A stretch of DNA of 35,595 nucleotides from an uncultured Phycisphaerales bacterium (GTDB lineage Bacteria > Planctomycetota > Phycisphaerae > Phycisphaerales > UBA1924), in assembly GCA_937879825.1 (NCBI GenBank), contig CALFMQ010000252.1, forward strand, positions 1-35,595, in the 5' to 3' direction. The position numbers were made by a program, and so were the translations under genes. Of the stretch, positions 9,851-18,608 are shown piece after piece; position 1 is the first letter of the stretch; each line of letters opens with the position of its first letter. The notes below the pieces were generated by a model. The model was not told the origin of the DNA. It saw only the letters and a list, made by a program, of their open reading frames with translations, and did no database searches.

Positions 9851-10912
9851 TCAGCGGCGCTGCTCGGGCATGACGAGGTCCACAACGACGGGCGCATGGT
9901 CGGAGCCGGTATCGGCCTCGACGACCTGCCACGAGGCGACCTTGATGCCGGGCGTGACGAAGACATCGTCGATGGCGAAACGCTTCCAACGCGGGTTGTC
10001 GGCGGGCCAGGTGCCGACGACTCCCAAGAGCGGCTTGCATCGGAGCAGGCCCAGTGCGCGGCGGACCCGGCCGGTGCGATACATGGTGGGCGAGGCGTTG
10101 AGATCGGCGGTGACGATCATGGGGAGGCGGCGCGAGAGGTAGTAGTCGCGGAGGATCTGGATGTTGGTCTCGAGCAGATCGTTGCCGAACTCCCAGCGCT
10201 TGGCGGTGCGCGGTGATGAGGGGATGAGCATGGCGTGGAGGAAGTCGCCCCCCATCGCCTCGGGGGCGTGGACCGTGACCACTCGGCGGTAGTTGTAGAA
10301 GTCCCACCAGAGGTCCCACTTGGAGTCGCGGGACTCATCGACGGTGATCGGGAACCTGCTCAGGACGACGATGTTCCACTCCTTGCCATCCTCGGGCACG
10401 ACGCGGTGCGGGTAGCGCTCGTCGTCCCACGACGCCTGGCGGAGTTCGTGGAGCGTCGACCACGAGGCCTCGAGGATGCACACGAGGTCGGCGTCTGACT
10501 GCCTGATGGCGGCGACGACCTTGTCGCCGTGGGTGTTGATCCCGAGCGAGTTGAACGTCATCACGCGGAGTGTTCGGCCTTCGATCGGCGCGGAGCGCAC
10601 GGCCCGGCCCGAAGCCATCCAGAGTAAGTGCGCTAATGCGATCAGCGCGATCAGTAGCGCAGTGCGACGAGACCGGAGTGCGAGGGCGAAAATGGCTGCG
10701 AGAGCGCAACCGACAACCATCGGGCCGGCGAAGCCGGACAGGAGATCGAGGCGCCATGAGAGCGCGAGGCCCGCGCCGAGGAAACGGAGGAGCAGGGTTG
10801 TGAACGAAGTGATGAGGAGGATCAGCGCGAGAGCGAGGCGGACCCGATGCCATCGCCTGCGCCTGCGCCTGCGCGGATCGGTGGCGGTTGTGACCGCTGC
10901 GCGCCCGGTCAT
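9851..10912 (-). CDS. Membrane-anchored endonuclease/exonuclease/phosphatase (EEP) family protein
   Basis: Three to four N-terminal TM helices, then LRVMTFNSLG..., ADLVCILE and a C-terminal GSDHAPVVVDL (EEP catalytic His motif). The ATG at 10912 forms an ATGA overlap with the epimerase stop. Confidence 0.75.
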   Translation of the reverse strand: MTGRAAVTTATDPRRRRRRRWHRVRLALALILLITSFTTLLLRFLGAGLALSWRLDLLSGFAGPMVVGCALAAIFALALRSRRTALLIALIALAHLLWMASGRAVRSAPIEGRTLRVMTFNSLGINTHGDKVVAAIRQSDADLVCILEASWSTLHELRQASWDDERYPHRVVPEDGKEWNIVVLSRFPITVDESRDSKWDLWWDFYNYRRVVTVHAPEAMGGDFLHAMLIPSSPRTAKRWEFGNDLLETNIQILRDYYLSRRLPMIVTADLNASPTMYRTGRVRRALGLLRCKPLLGVVGTWPADNPRWKRFAIDDVFVTPGIKVASWQVVEADTGSDHAPVVVDLVMPEQRR

Positions 10913-11895
10913 CCGGCGAGATGCTCGCGGGCCCATTTCCATTGCCGGCGGACGCCTTCCTCGAATGACGTTGTCGGTTTGTACCCGAGTTCGGCCGTGG
11001 AACGGGTCAGGTCGGCGTAGGTTCGTGAGACATCGCCGGCCTGCATCTCGCGTTGCTCAACTCTTGGCTCTTTGCCCAGCACGCGCCCGATGGTGGCGAT
11101 CATCTCCTTGAGGTTGACGGGGTCGTTGCCGCCCAAGTTCCAGATGCGGTAGCCGTGGTCCGGGACTCTCTCGTAGGAGGCGACGACTCCGGCGACGATA
11201 TCGTCGATGTATGTGTAGTCGCGGCTGGTGGTGCCGTCGCCGAACATGGGGATGGTTTGATCGCGTCGGATGATTTCGATGAACTTGGCGATTGCGAGGT
11301 CGGGGCGTTGGCGCGGGCCGAAGACGGTGAAGAAGCGGAGACAGGCGATCTCCATGTCGTAGAGATGGTGGAAGACATGGCCCATGAGTTCGCAGGCGCG
11401 CTTGCTTGCGGCGTAGGGCGAGATGGGGCTGGAGACATCGTCGGTCTCCGCGAAGGGGACCTTCTCGTTGTTGCCGTAGACGGAACTGGAGGATGCCATG
11501 ATGAAGCGCTTGACATTGGCGCGGCGTGCGGCCTCCATAAGGATGGTGGTGCCTTCGAGATTGACCTGCGCGTAGCGCTTGGGTTGCTCGAGACTGGGTC
11601 GGACGCCCGCGCGGGCTGCGAGATGGATGACGCCTGTGAGTTGTTCGTCGGAGAAGAGTTGATTCATCGCGGTTGCGTCGCAGATGTCGGCTTCGACGAA
11701 TGCGAACCGATCGTCGGCGCCGGGGGTCTTGCGGATCTCGGCGAGGGTTCGTTCCTTGAACGGGCGGGGGTAGTAGGCGTCGAAATCGTCGAGCCCGATG
11801 ACGGTGGTGCCGCGGGCGAGGAGGGCCTGGCAGGTGTGCGAGGCGATAAAGCCGGCGGCTCCGGTGACAAGGACTCTGTGTCTGGACCAATCCAC
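10909..11895 (-). CDS. NAD-dependent sugar-nucleotide epimerase (SDR), UDP-glucuronate 4-epimerase-like
   Basis: Rossmann motif VLVTGAAGFIASH, catalytic YAASK, and LRFFTVFGPRQRPDLA resembling GlcA-epimerase clade proteins. GTG at 11895 has AGGGAGG 7-8 nt upstream. The longer track ORF (to 12072) is rejected. Confidence 0.85.
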   Translation of the reverse strand: MDWSRHRVLVTGAAGFIASHTCQALLARGTTVIGLDDFDAYYPRPFKERTLAEIRKTPGADDRFAFVEADICDATAMNQLFSDEQLTGVIHLAARAGVRPSLEQPKRYAQVNLEGTTILMEAARRANVKRFIMASSSSVYGNNEKVPFAETDDVSSPISPYAASKRACELMGHVFHHLYDMEIACLRFFTVFGPRQRPDLAIAKFIEIIRRDQTIPMFGDGTTSRDYTYIDDIVAGVVASYERVPDHGYRIWNLGGNDPVNLKEMIATIGRVLGKEPRVEQREMQAGDVSRTYADLTRSTAELGYKPTTSFEEGVRRQWKWAREHLAG

Positions 11896-12063
11896 CCGTG
11901 TCGCCTCCCTCGCGGTGTCGTGTACCCGTACCCAACAAACGAACCGGTGCGTGGGCGGGTTCGCCCTTCGGTGCGGCCGGCGGATCGAAGGTCGCGGATT
12001 GTAATGGGGTCGTTGCGCGAGGCCTGGAACGGGCGAGCGGTGCCCATTCCCCATCAGGAGTGA

Positions 12064-12111
12064 CGCTGACAAAAAGCAAACCAGGGCGCCGTCTATTCAA
12101 CAGCGCCCCGG
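12064..12111 (-). terminator. Intrinsic terminator closing the sigma-to-SLC13 transcription unit
   Basis: The minus strand reads CCGGGGCGC-(13 nt loop)-GCGCCCTGG. This is a 9-bp stem including one G-U pair, followed by TTTGCTTTTTG. Confidence 0.65.
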
Positions 12112-12259
12112 TGGAGGAGAGAGAGATCTATTGGATATTACTCCTTATCGGCGGATTCCGTTCCGATATCTTGAGCGAAATCAAGCGGAAAGTGAACAAT
12201 AACCGACCACTCGCAATGCAAAGACCGGTGCGCGACCGAGCCCCCCATGCGCGGGTTGG

Positions 12260-12295
12260 GTCCGCGCAAGTTATGTCGTACAAACTTGCGCGGAC
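12260..12295 (-). repeat. Perfect 13-bp inverted repeat (stem-loop) in the 3' UTR of the SLC13 gene
   Basis: GTCCGCGCAAGTT (12260-12272) and AACTTGCGCGGAC (12283-12295) with a 10-nt loop, about 26 nt after the stop codon. No U-tract follows on either strand. Confidence 0.6.
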
Positions 12296-12321
12296 GCGCA
12301 AAAATGCCCTTTGTAGGCGGC

Positions 12322-14163
12322 TTATATCCACTTGAGAGCGGTTGCTATCACGGCTGTGACGCCGCACACAAGGGTGAGCGGCCCGCCAAATCGGGTGTAG
12401 TCGAGCCAGCGGTACCCTCCGGGGCCCATGACCGTGAGGTTGGTTTGATAGCCGATTGGGGTCGAGAACTCGGCAGAGGCTCCGATCGCGATAACCACCG
12501 CTAGCGGCGTGAAGTCGGTGAAGCCGACGGATGCTGCGGTCGAGACCGCGATCGGGAACACCAGCGCAGCGGCGGCGGTATTGGAGAGCAGCATGGTGAA
12601 GGCGACAGTCATTGCATAAACCACGGCGAGCACGGCGACCTTGCCCATGGACCCGGCGACAGAGACCACGAACTGCGCGATCTCCGGCGCCAGCCCGGTG
12701 GTGAGCATGGCTCGGCCGATCGCGAATGCGCACCCGACAACGATGAGGACGGTCCAGTCCATGCTTGCGCGGACCTGTGGGCCGGTGCAGCATCGTGTGA
12801 TGATCATGGCGCAAGCGGCGGACATGGCGGCGGGCAGCAGGTCCATCAAGCCAGAAGCCACAGCGACGACCATGAGCAGGAGTATGGCGATGGCGATCCA
12901 GGCGCGATCGTGGCGGGGCACGGCGGCACCTTCGAGGGCGCTGACGAGGTGAAAATCACTCGAGTCGCGGTGACGGGATGCGAACCGCTCATTTGTTTCA
13001 AGAAGGAGTGTGTCACCCGGGCGGAGTTCGATATCGCCGAGTCTGCCGATGATCGCGTGGCCCTGACGGTGAACAGCGACAACGACTGCGCCGTACCGCG
13101 ACCGGATCTCTGCATCGCGGATGGTGCGTCCGATGAGTGGTGATGCCCCGGATATGACTGCCTCAACGAGTCGGAGATTGGCTCGGGAGGCCCCCGGACC
13201 GACGCCGTCCGCCACGGGCGTGAGCCCCTTCATGCGTGCCAGGTCAACGACAGACGAGAGCACCCCGACAAAAACGAGAACGTCGCCGGCGAGAATCTGC
13301 TCATTCGGGCTCGGCGCAAGGATGGTTCTGTCCTCGCGGTCGATTCGTGAGAGAAAGACGCCCGTGAGGTGGCGCAATCCCGCGGCATCAATGGTCTTCC
13401 CCACGACGGGCGACGCTGACTCGACACGGAGCGCTGTCATGTATTGTCGCGAGCGTTCGAGGTCGCCGGATTGGTCCGTGCGCTGAGGCAGCAGCGTGCG
13501 CCCGAAGATCATCATGTATGCGAGACCCGCGATAGCAACGGGAATACCGACCCATGCGAGCGTGAACATGCCCAATGGTTCGATGAAATGGCCGTTGGAT
13601 CCGCGTGCCAAGGCGTCGTTGTGTTGTTGAATCAGTCCGGCGACCGCGAGGTTTGTGCTGGTCCCGATCAGTGTGCAGAGCCCGCCGAGAATCGCTGCGA
13701 AACTCAGCGGCATGAAAAGATATGAAGGCGAGATGCGCATTCGTTTCGAGAGCGAACTGACGACCGGCATGAAACTGGCGACCAATGTTGTGTTGTTTGT
13801 GAATGCGGAGATCGCTGCGACCGGGATGGAGAGTCGGGCCTGGGCGCTTGTGATCGACCTGGGCGTTCCCAGTATTCGATCCGCCAGGAACGATACGGCC
13901 CCGGTTTCGCGCATCCCGGTTGAGATCACATAGAGCATCGCGATCGAGGCGAGCGCCTCATTGGCGAAGCCGGCGAGGGTCTCGGCGGGTGTAAGAATCC
14001 CCAACACTGTCAGGGCAGTGAGAACGCCGAGCATGACGAGATCAATCCCGATGCGACCCCACGCCAGGACTCCGAACATGATGATCAAGAGCACACTCAG
14101 CGCCCACGGATGCCACCACGCGGTTGCACCGACCAAGAGAACGGCGTGATCGATGTTGCACAT
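12322..14163 (-). CDS. SLC13/DASS-family anion permease with two central TrkA-C (RCK-C) domains; likely sulfate uptake from context
   Basis: 613 aa with polytopic N- and C-terminal halves. Two RCK-C-like inserts (PVVGKTIDAAGLRHLTGVFLSRIDRED..., PLIGRTIRDAEIRSRYGAVVVAVHRQG...). The substrate is inferred only from the adjacency to cysQ and cysC. Confidence 0.75.
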   Translation of the reverse strand: MCNIDHAVLLVGATAWWHPWALSVLLIIMFGVLAWGRIGIDLVMLGVLTALTVLGILTPAETLAGFANEALASIAMLYVISTGMRETGAVSFLADRILGTPRSITSAQARLSIPVAAISAFTNNTTLVASFMPVVSSLSKRMRISPSYLFMPLSFAAILGGLCTLIGTSTNLAVAGLIQQHNDALARGSNGHFIEPLGMFTLAWVGIPVAIAGLAYMMIFGRTLLPQRTDQSGDLERSRQYMTALRVESASPVVGKTIDAAGLRHLTGVFLSRIDREDRTILAPSPNEQILAGDVLVFVGVLSSVVDLARMKGLTPVADGVGPGASRANLRLVEAVISGASPLIGRTIRDAEIRSRYGAVVVAVHRQGHAIIGRLGDIELRPGDTLLLETNERFASRHRDSSDFHLVSALEGAAVPRHDRAWIAIAILLLMVVAVASGLMDLLPAAMSAACAMIITRCCTGPQVRASMDWTVLIVVGCAFAIGRAMLTTGLAPEIAQFVVSVAGSMGKVAVLAVVYAMTVAFTMLLSNTAAAALVFPIAVSTAASVGFTDFTPLAVVIAIGASAEFSTPIGYQTNLTVMGPGGYRWLDYTRFGGPLTLVCGVTAVIATALKWI

Positions 14164-14243
14164 AGTCGGTAGCGACGGGCGCGCGTCTTGTAGGTCGCGC
14201 GGCAGATGCGGGGGCGAGCCGCCATTTTACCTTGGCGATCGGC

Positions 14244-15269
14244 TCAGACCAGTCCGAGGCGCTTGATGGCACCGATGGCCTTGCCGTGGAGGATTGTGGG
14301 CGCGACGACGATTCCCCGGTTCTTCTCGAGACCGATTCCATGGGAGAAATCGAGGGATTTGCCCGAGGCATCGGTGACGGCGCACCCGGCCTCGATGGCT
14401 ACGAGGGAGCCGGCGGCGTGGTCCCAGATTCGTTCCACGTAGCCCTTCTTTGTTGGGAGGCGGAGGTAAAGATCGGCCTGACCTCGGGCGACGACCGCGT
14501 ACTTGGCCTGGCTGTCGAGGCGTGCCGGCTCGCCCGGTTCGCCGAGTTGCTCGAGGACGCGCTCGGAGTCGTTGTGGCTCGTGTGTGCGGCTTCGACGGA
14601 CTCGCACATGCGGACGGGTTCGTCTTCTGAAACCTCGAGCCGCTTGAGTTTGGAACCGGCGGTCTTGAAGTCGTCGGCGCGCGACTCCCACACGCCGTCG
14701 CCCGCGATGGCGGAATACATGGTGCCGTGGGCTTCGAGTTCGTCGAACCCGCGGTTGAAATCGGCGGAGAGATTCGGGCATCCGAGGACACCGATGATGG
14801 GCGAGCCGTTCTCGATCCATGCGAGGGAGACGGCGTACTGCTGGCCTCGGAGGAAGCCCTTGGTGCCGTCGATCGGGTCGAGCGTCCAGAAGGCATGGAG
14901 ATGATCGCGCTTGGGATCGGCATTGCCGAGGTCGATCATGTCGAGGACTTCGTCGGGCGCCGCGTTGTGCCAGACCGTTCGGACGGCGGAGACGACGGCG
15001 TCGAGGAGCGCGGTGTCGCCCGAGCCGACTCGGGCGCGGAGTTCGTTGGCGTCTTCTTCGGCGACGAGTTTGATCGAGCCGAGTTGCTCTGCGAGGGCGC
15101 GGGCGATGACGGCCTGGCTCGCGAAGTCCGCGACGGTGACGGGAGAGCGGTCGTCCTTGAGGGTCTTCTGAACGGTGGCGAGATCGTGTTGCACCTTGCG
15201 GCAGACATGGCACGCCTCGGCGACCGCGAAGCGTGCGGCGTTGAGCATTCTGGCTTCACTGGACATCAC
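14244..15269 (-). CDS. cysQ: 3'(2'),5'-bisphosphate nucleotidase (CysQ/HAL2-type, inositol monophosphatase superfamily)
   Basis: Motifs WTLDPIDGTKGF and WDHAAG, with a long HAL2-like architecture (341 aa). GGAGGAGG lies 5 nt upstream of the ATG. Confidence 0.85.
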   Translation of the reverse strand: MMSSEARMLNAARFAVAEACHVCRKVQHDLATVQKTLKDDRSPVTVADFASQAVIARALAEQLGSIKLVAEEDANELRARVGSGDTALLDAVVSAVRTVWHNAAPDEVLDMIDLGNADPKRDHLHAFWTLDPIDGTKGFLRGQQYAVSLAWIENGSPIIGVLGCPNLSADFNRGFDELEAHGTMYSAIAGDGVWESRADDFKTAGSKLKRLEVSEDEPVRMCESVEAAHTSHNDSERVLEQLGEPGEPARLDSQAKYAVVARGQADLYLRLPTKKGYVERIWDHAAGSLVAIEAGCAVTDASGKSLDFSHGIGLEKNRGIVVAPTILHGKAIGAIKRLGLV

Positions 15270-15344
15270 GACCTCCTCCGATGCTGCGCTCTTGCAGGTC
15301 GGTTGAGTGTAGTGGCTCGGATGGAGGCGGGAGTCGGCGCTCGA

Positions 15345-15959
15345 TTACGCCTTCTTGATGACGCCCTTGTCTTCGAGGAACGCGACGCAGCGGCGGACGG
15401 CCTCGGCGACATCGTAGTCCGCGGGCTTGAGCACCAGTTCGGGCTTGCCGGGCGCTTCGTAGGGATCGTCGATGCCCGTGAAGCCCTTGATCTGCCCGGC
15501 GCGGGCTTTCTTGTAGAGGCCCTTGGGGTCGCGCTGCTCGCACACCTCGATGGGCGTATCGACGAAGATCTCATAGAACGCGAGTTTGCCCGCGTCGTGG
15601 GTGGCTCGGGCCTTGTCGCGGTCGGCGCGATAGGGCGAGATGAAGGACGTGAGGGTGACGCATCCGGCGTCGGCGAAGAGTTTGGCGACTTCGCCGATGC
15701 GGCGGATGTTCTCGGCGCGGTCGTCGGCGGAGAACCCCAGGTTGTTGTTGAGGCCGTGGCGGACGTTGTCGCCGTCGAGGCGGTAGCAGTTGACCTTGCG
15801 GTTCACGAGCGCCTGCTCGAGGGCGCAGGCGATGGTGGACTTGCCCGAGGCGCTGAGGCCGGTGAACCAGAGCGTGCAGCCCTTGCACCCGAGGGCGCCC
15901 CAGCGCTCGTCGCGGGTGATATCGCCGTCGTGCCAGTGGATGTTGGTTGCCTTGCTCAT
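15345..15959 (-). CDS. cysC: Adenylylsulfate (APS) kinase
   Basis: P-loop GLSASGKST, then [12 protein letters not shown] and SFISPYR. The start is at [10 protein letters not shown] (ATG 15959); the track extension to 16082 is rejected. Confidence 0.92.
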   Translation of the reverse strand: MSKATNIHWHDGDITRDERWGALGCKGCTLWFTGLSASGKSTIACALEQALVNRKVNCYRLDGDNVRHGLNNNLGFSADDRAENIRRIGEVAKLFADAGCVTLTSFISPYRADRDKARATHDAGKLAFYEIFVDTPIEVCEQRDPKGLYKKARAGQIKGFTGIDDPYEAPGKPELVLKPADYDVAEAVRRCVAFLEDKGVIKKA

Positions 15960-16092
15960 CGGTGTGGGCCTTTCTCTCGCTCGCTCCGTGGGGATCCCGC
16001 GGGCGCCGGACACATGGCGCGGGGATCGTGGATGGTGGGTCGGGGGGGAGGAAAGGTAGGCGGGTGCCGCGAACGGAGTCAAACCGCCCGGT

Positions 16093-18576
16093 TTACCAGG
16101 TGCGGAGTGACTGGAGCGCGTCGACGATGCTTTCGGTATCGACCACTGAACGGGTGATCAGGCGGCGGTCGACCTCGTCCTGCGACTCGGGGTCGAGGTC
16201 GATCCAGAGAATCCCCGCGATGGCGGGGTCGACCTTTTCGGCGAGCCAATCGGCGAGTTCGGCCCGGGCGTCGGTGTCGGCGGCGTGGCGGAGGCCGATG
16301 ATGGTCTTGGCCCGGGCGACGAGGTCTGCGTCTTCGGTGACGCCCATGTTCTCATCGGCGAGCGCGTGCATGACGAAGTTGAGGTAGGCGTCGGCGTCGT
16401 GGCGGGCTGCGAGATCGTTGATGACCAGAAGCAGCCGGGATGGTTCGTCGAAGCGGGCGCGGACCTCGAAGGGTGTGGTGTTATTGAGTTCGATCTGATC
16501 GTGGGTGTAGGCGATATCCAGGATGTCGTGATCGGCGGAGGTGCGCGTGTAACGTTCGGGGAAGGGGAAGTCATTGATGTCGGAGAACATCGTGGCGACG
16601 CCGGCCGCGGTGTCGTAATGGAGCGCGGGACCGGCAACCACGTCGGACATCTCGTGCGTTCCGGCGATGCGGGAGTCGTGCTTCATCGCGGGGATGAGCA
16701 GGCCGCCGCCGATACCGACGACGCACATGAGCATGAGCACAACCGCGACAACAACGCCCGCGTTGGGCGCGTTGTTGAACTGTCCGCCTCGCGGTGTGCG
16801 GCCCCGGCGCCGGTCCTGCGCGCGGCGCTGGGCGGCCTGGACGCGGGCGCGCGCAGACTTGAGTTGCGCACCGGCGTTGGGGCGGTTGTGGCGCGGCGTG
16901 ACGGGCGTCCGGCGGGCGGTTGCATCGGGTTTCGGGGTGTCGCGTCTTTCGGGGCGCTCATAAGACGCTCCGATGACCAGCGGACCGATACGAGCCCCGT
17001 ACGTGCGGGGTTTACCCGGCGCATCCTGCGGCGATGGGGACCGTTGCTCCGACTCGCTCTTGACGGAGTATCGCCCAGTCCACCAGTCTGCGAGGGCGAT
17101 GACGGGCTTGGTGCGGGGCTTGGGCGAGTCGTGCGCTGCGGGCGTCTCTGGGGCCGGCGCAGCGGGAGCTACGGGCGCGGCGGCCTGCGCGACGCGGCCC
17201 ATGTGTTCGGCGAACTCGTCTGCGACGGGCGCGGGGACGGTGAACTCGGAGCCGCCCTTGACCGAGGGGAGATCGGCGGGCTTGAGGGCGAACGCGCTGG
17301 GCGCGTGCTGGATGGCGCGGAGATCGGCGAGCATCTCGGCGGCGCTCTTGTAGCGCGTGTTGATGTCGGTCATTGCGCGGCGGACGACCCAGCGGAGCGC
17401 TTCGGGGCAGCGCTTGGAGAGTTGCGAGAGCCCGCCGTGGGCGGGGAATGAGTTCTCGATGACGGAATAGAGCACGGCGCCGGCGCCGTAAATATCGAAC
17501 TTGACGCCGTCGACCTCGTGGACTTTGACGCCGCGGAGCGCGAGCCGGACCATTTCGGGATCGCGGAAGTATTCGGTGCCGTGGGTCGTGAGGGTCATCG
17601 CGGAGCGGAGGGGCGTGATGAGGCCGAAGTCCACGAGTTCGGCGCGACCGTCGTGGACGATGATGTTGTCGGGTTTGACATCCTTGTGCCAGAGACCGCC
17701 GCGGTGGTAGACATCGAGGGTGGAGACGAGGTCGGCGATGTATCCGATCGCCTCTCGGAGGTGACGGTCGTCGAGGCCGGCGGTCTCGGCGTCGGAGTGC
17801 ATGCGGCGGGTGACGAGCGTGAGGGACTCGCCGGGCACATAGGGCATGACGTAAAAGAATCGTTCGTTGGTGAGTTCGTGATCGAGGACGAGCCCGAGTT
17901 TGCGCGCGGCTTCGAGCGCGCGGCTCTCGCGGACGATCTGCGGGACGGTCGATCCCTCGCGGACGGAGAAGGACTTGATGACGACCTGATCGATCTGGCG
18001 GTTCGATGAGCGTTCGAGTGCGGCGCGCTTGATGTCTGTGGGTTCGGCGACGTAGAGGCGGCCGCCCGAGCCGCCGCCGGGGAGCGAGCCGACGATCGTG
18101 TAGCCGTCGAACTGGCCGGTCTTCCTGGAGGGGCGGTCGGCGCCGGGGGCCTGCGCGACGGCGTCGGGCACGCGGTGCTCGATCTCGTCCATCATCGGGC
18201 CGAGCAGGAGGAAGCGCGCGGGGTGTCCGATGCAGACGCGGTAGAGGGCTTTGCCCGAGGCGCCCCACGCCGAGACGAGCTCGCGCCCGAAGTGCGTGGC
18301 GCTGGACCAGCGCCCGATGAGCGTGTTGGCGACGGCGGCGGGGATGAAGAAGAGGCCGGCGATGAAGAGGCCGACCATGCGGAGGGAGTCGGTGAGCATG
18401 CCCGCGATGAAGCGGTAGAAGTGCCTGATGACCGCGCCGATCCCCCGGAAGACCCACCCGATGCCGACGGCGGTGCCCTTCATCGCGGGCACGACGAGAT
18501 AGATGATCGCCAGGATGCCCACGACAATGGCGAGGACGGAGGCGAGGATAATGAGAAGGATTGCGGGTGCGGCCAT
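16093..18576 (-). CDS. Membrane Ser/Thr protein kinase (Hanks type, non-RD) with N-terminal TM helices, a late TM helix and a C-terminal domain of unknown function
   Basis: Gly-rich loop [19 protein letters not shown] Lys, catalytic loop [12 protein letters not shown], and [14 protein letters not shown] lies 9 nt upstream of the ATG. Confidence 0.88.
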   Translation of the reverse strand: MAAPAILLIILASVLAIVVGILAIIYLVVPAMKGTAVGIGWVFRGIGAVIRHFYRFIAGMLTDSLRMVGLFIAGLFFIPAAVANTLIGRWSSATHFGRELVSAWGASGKALYRVCIGHPARFLLLGPMMDEIEHRVPDAVAQAPGADRPSRKTGQFDGYTIVGSLPGGGSGGRLYVAEPTDIKRAALERSSNRQIDQVVIKSFSVREGSTVPQIVRESRALEAARKLGLVLDHELTNERFFYVMPYVPGESLTLVTRRMHSDAETAGLDDRHLREAIGYIADLVSTLDVYHRGGLWHKDVKPDNIIVHDGRAELVDFGLITPLRSAMTLTTHGTEYFRDPEMVRLALRGVKVHEVDGVKFDIYGAGAVLYSVIENSFPAHGGLSQLSKRCPEALRWVVRRAMTDINTRYKSAAEMLADLRAIQHAPSAFALKPADLPSVKGGSEFTVPAPVADEFAEHMGRVAQAAAPVAPAAPAPETPAAHDSPKPRTKPVIALADWWTGRYSVKSESEQRSPSPQDAPGKPRTYGARIGPLVIGASYERPERRDTPKPDATARRTPVTPRHNRPNAGAQLKSARARVQAAQRRAQDRRRGRTPRGGQFNNAPNAGVVVAVVLMLMCVVGIGGGLLIPAMKHDSRIAGTHEMSDVVAGPALHYDTAAGVATMFSDINDFPFPERYTRTSADHDILDIAYTHDQIELNNTTPFEVRARFDEPSRLLLVINDLAARHDADAYLNFVMHALADENMGVTEDADLVARAKTIIGLRHAADTDARAELADWLAEKVDPAIAGILWIDLDPESQDEVDRRLITRSVVDTESIVDALQSLRTW

Positions 18577-18608
18577 GGGGGTCTACCTCCACCGTGAGGG
18601 GGTGGGCC

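Noticed and set aside
8811-10142. 443-aa plus-strand ORF antisense to the beta-rich protein and EEP genes. Similar shadow ORFs occur at 7295-8485, 11053-12063, 25254-26480, 27224-28285 and 32303-33487.
   Set aside because: All have skewed low-complexity compositions and lie opposite to, or out of frame with, genes that have recognisable domains.
10854-10875. Tandem CGCCTG hexanucleotide repeat (three full units plus a partial one)
   Set aside because: It is in frame within the EEP gene and simply encodes the poly-Arg stretch (RRRRRRR) before the first TM helix. It is too short and in-frame to argue for phase variation.
16079-16092. AAACCG-CC-CGGTTT palindrome just after the kinase stop, considered as a terminator
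   Set aside because: The loop is too short for a stable hairpin and there is no U-tract.
14727-16157. 476-aa plus-strand ORF antisense to cysQ and cysC
   Set aside because: Gly/Ala/Asp/Val/Arg low-complexity composition. The opposite strand encodes proteins with unambiguous motifs.
17012-18592. 526-aa minus-strand ORF overlapping the kinase gene in another frame
   Set aside because: Arg/Pro-dominated translation. The kinase frame carries every Hanks motif, so this is an alternative-frame artefact.
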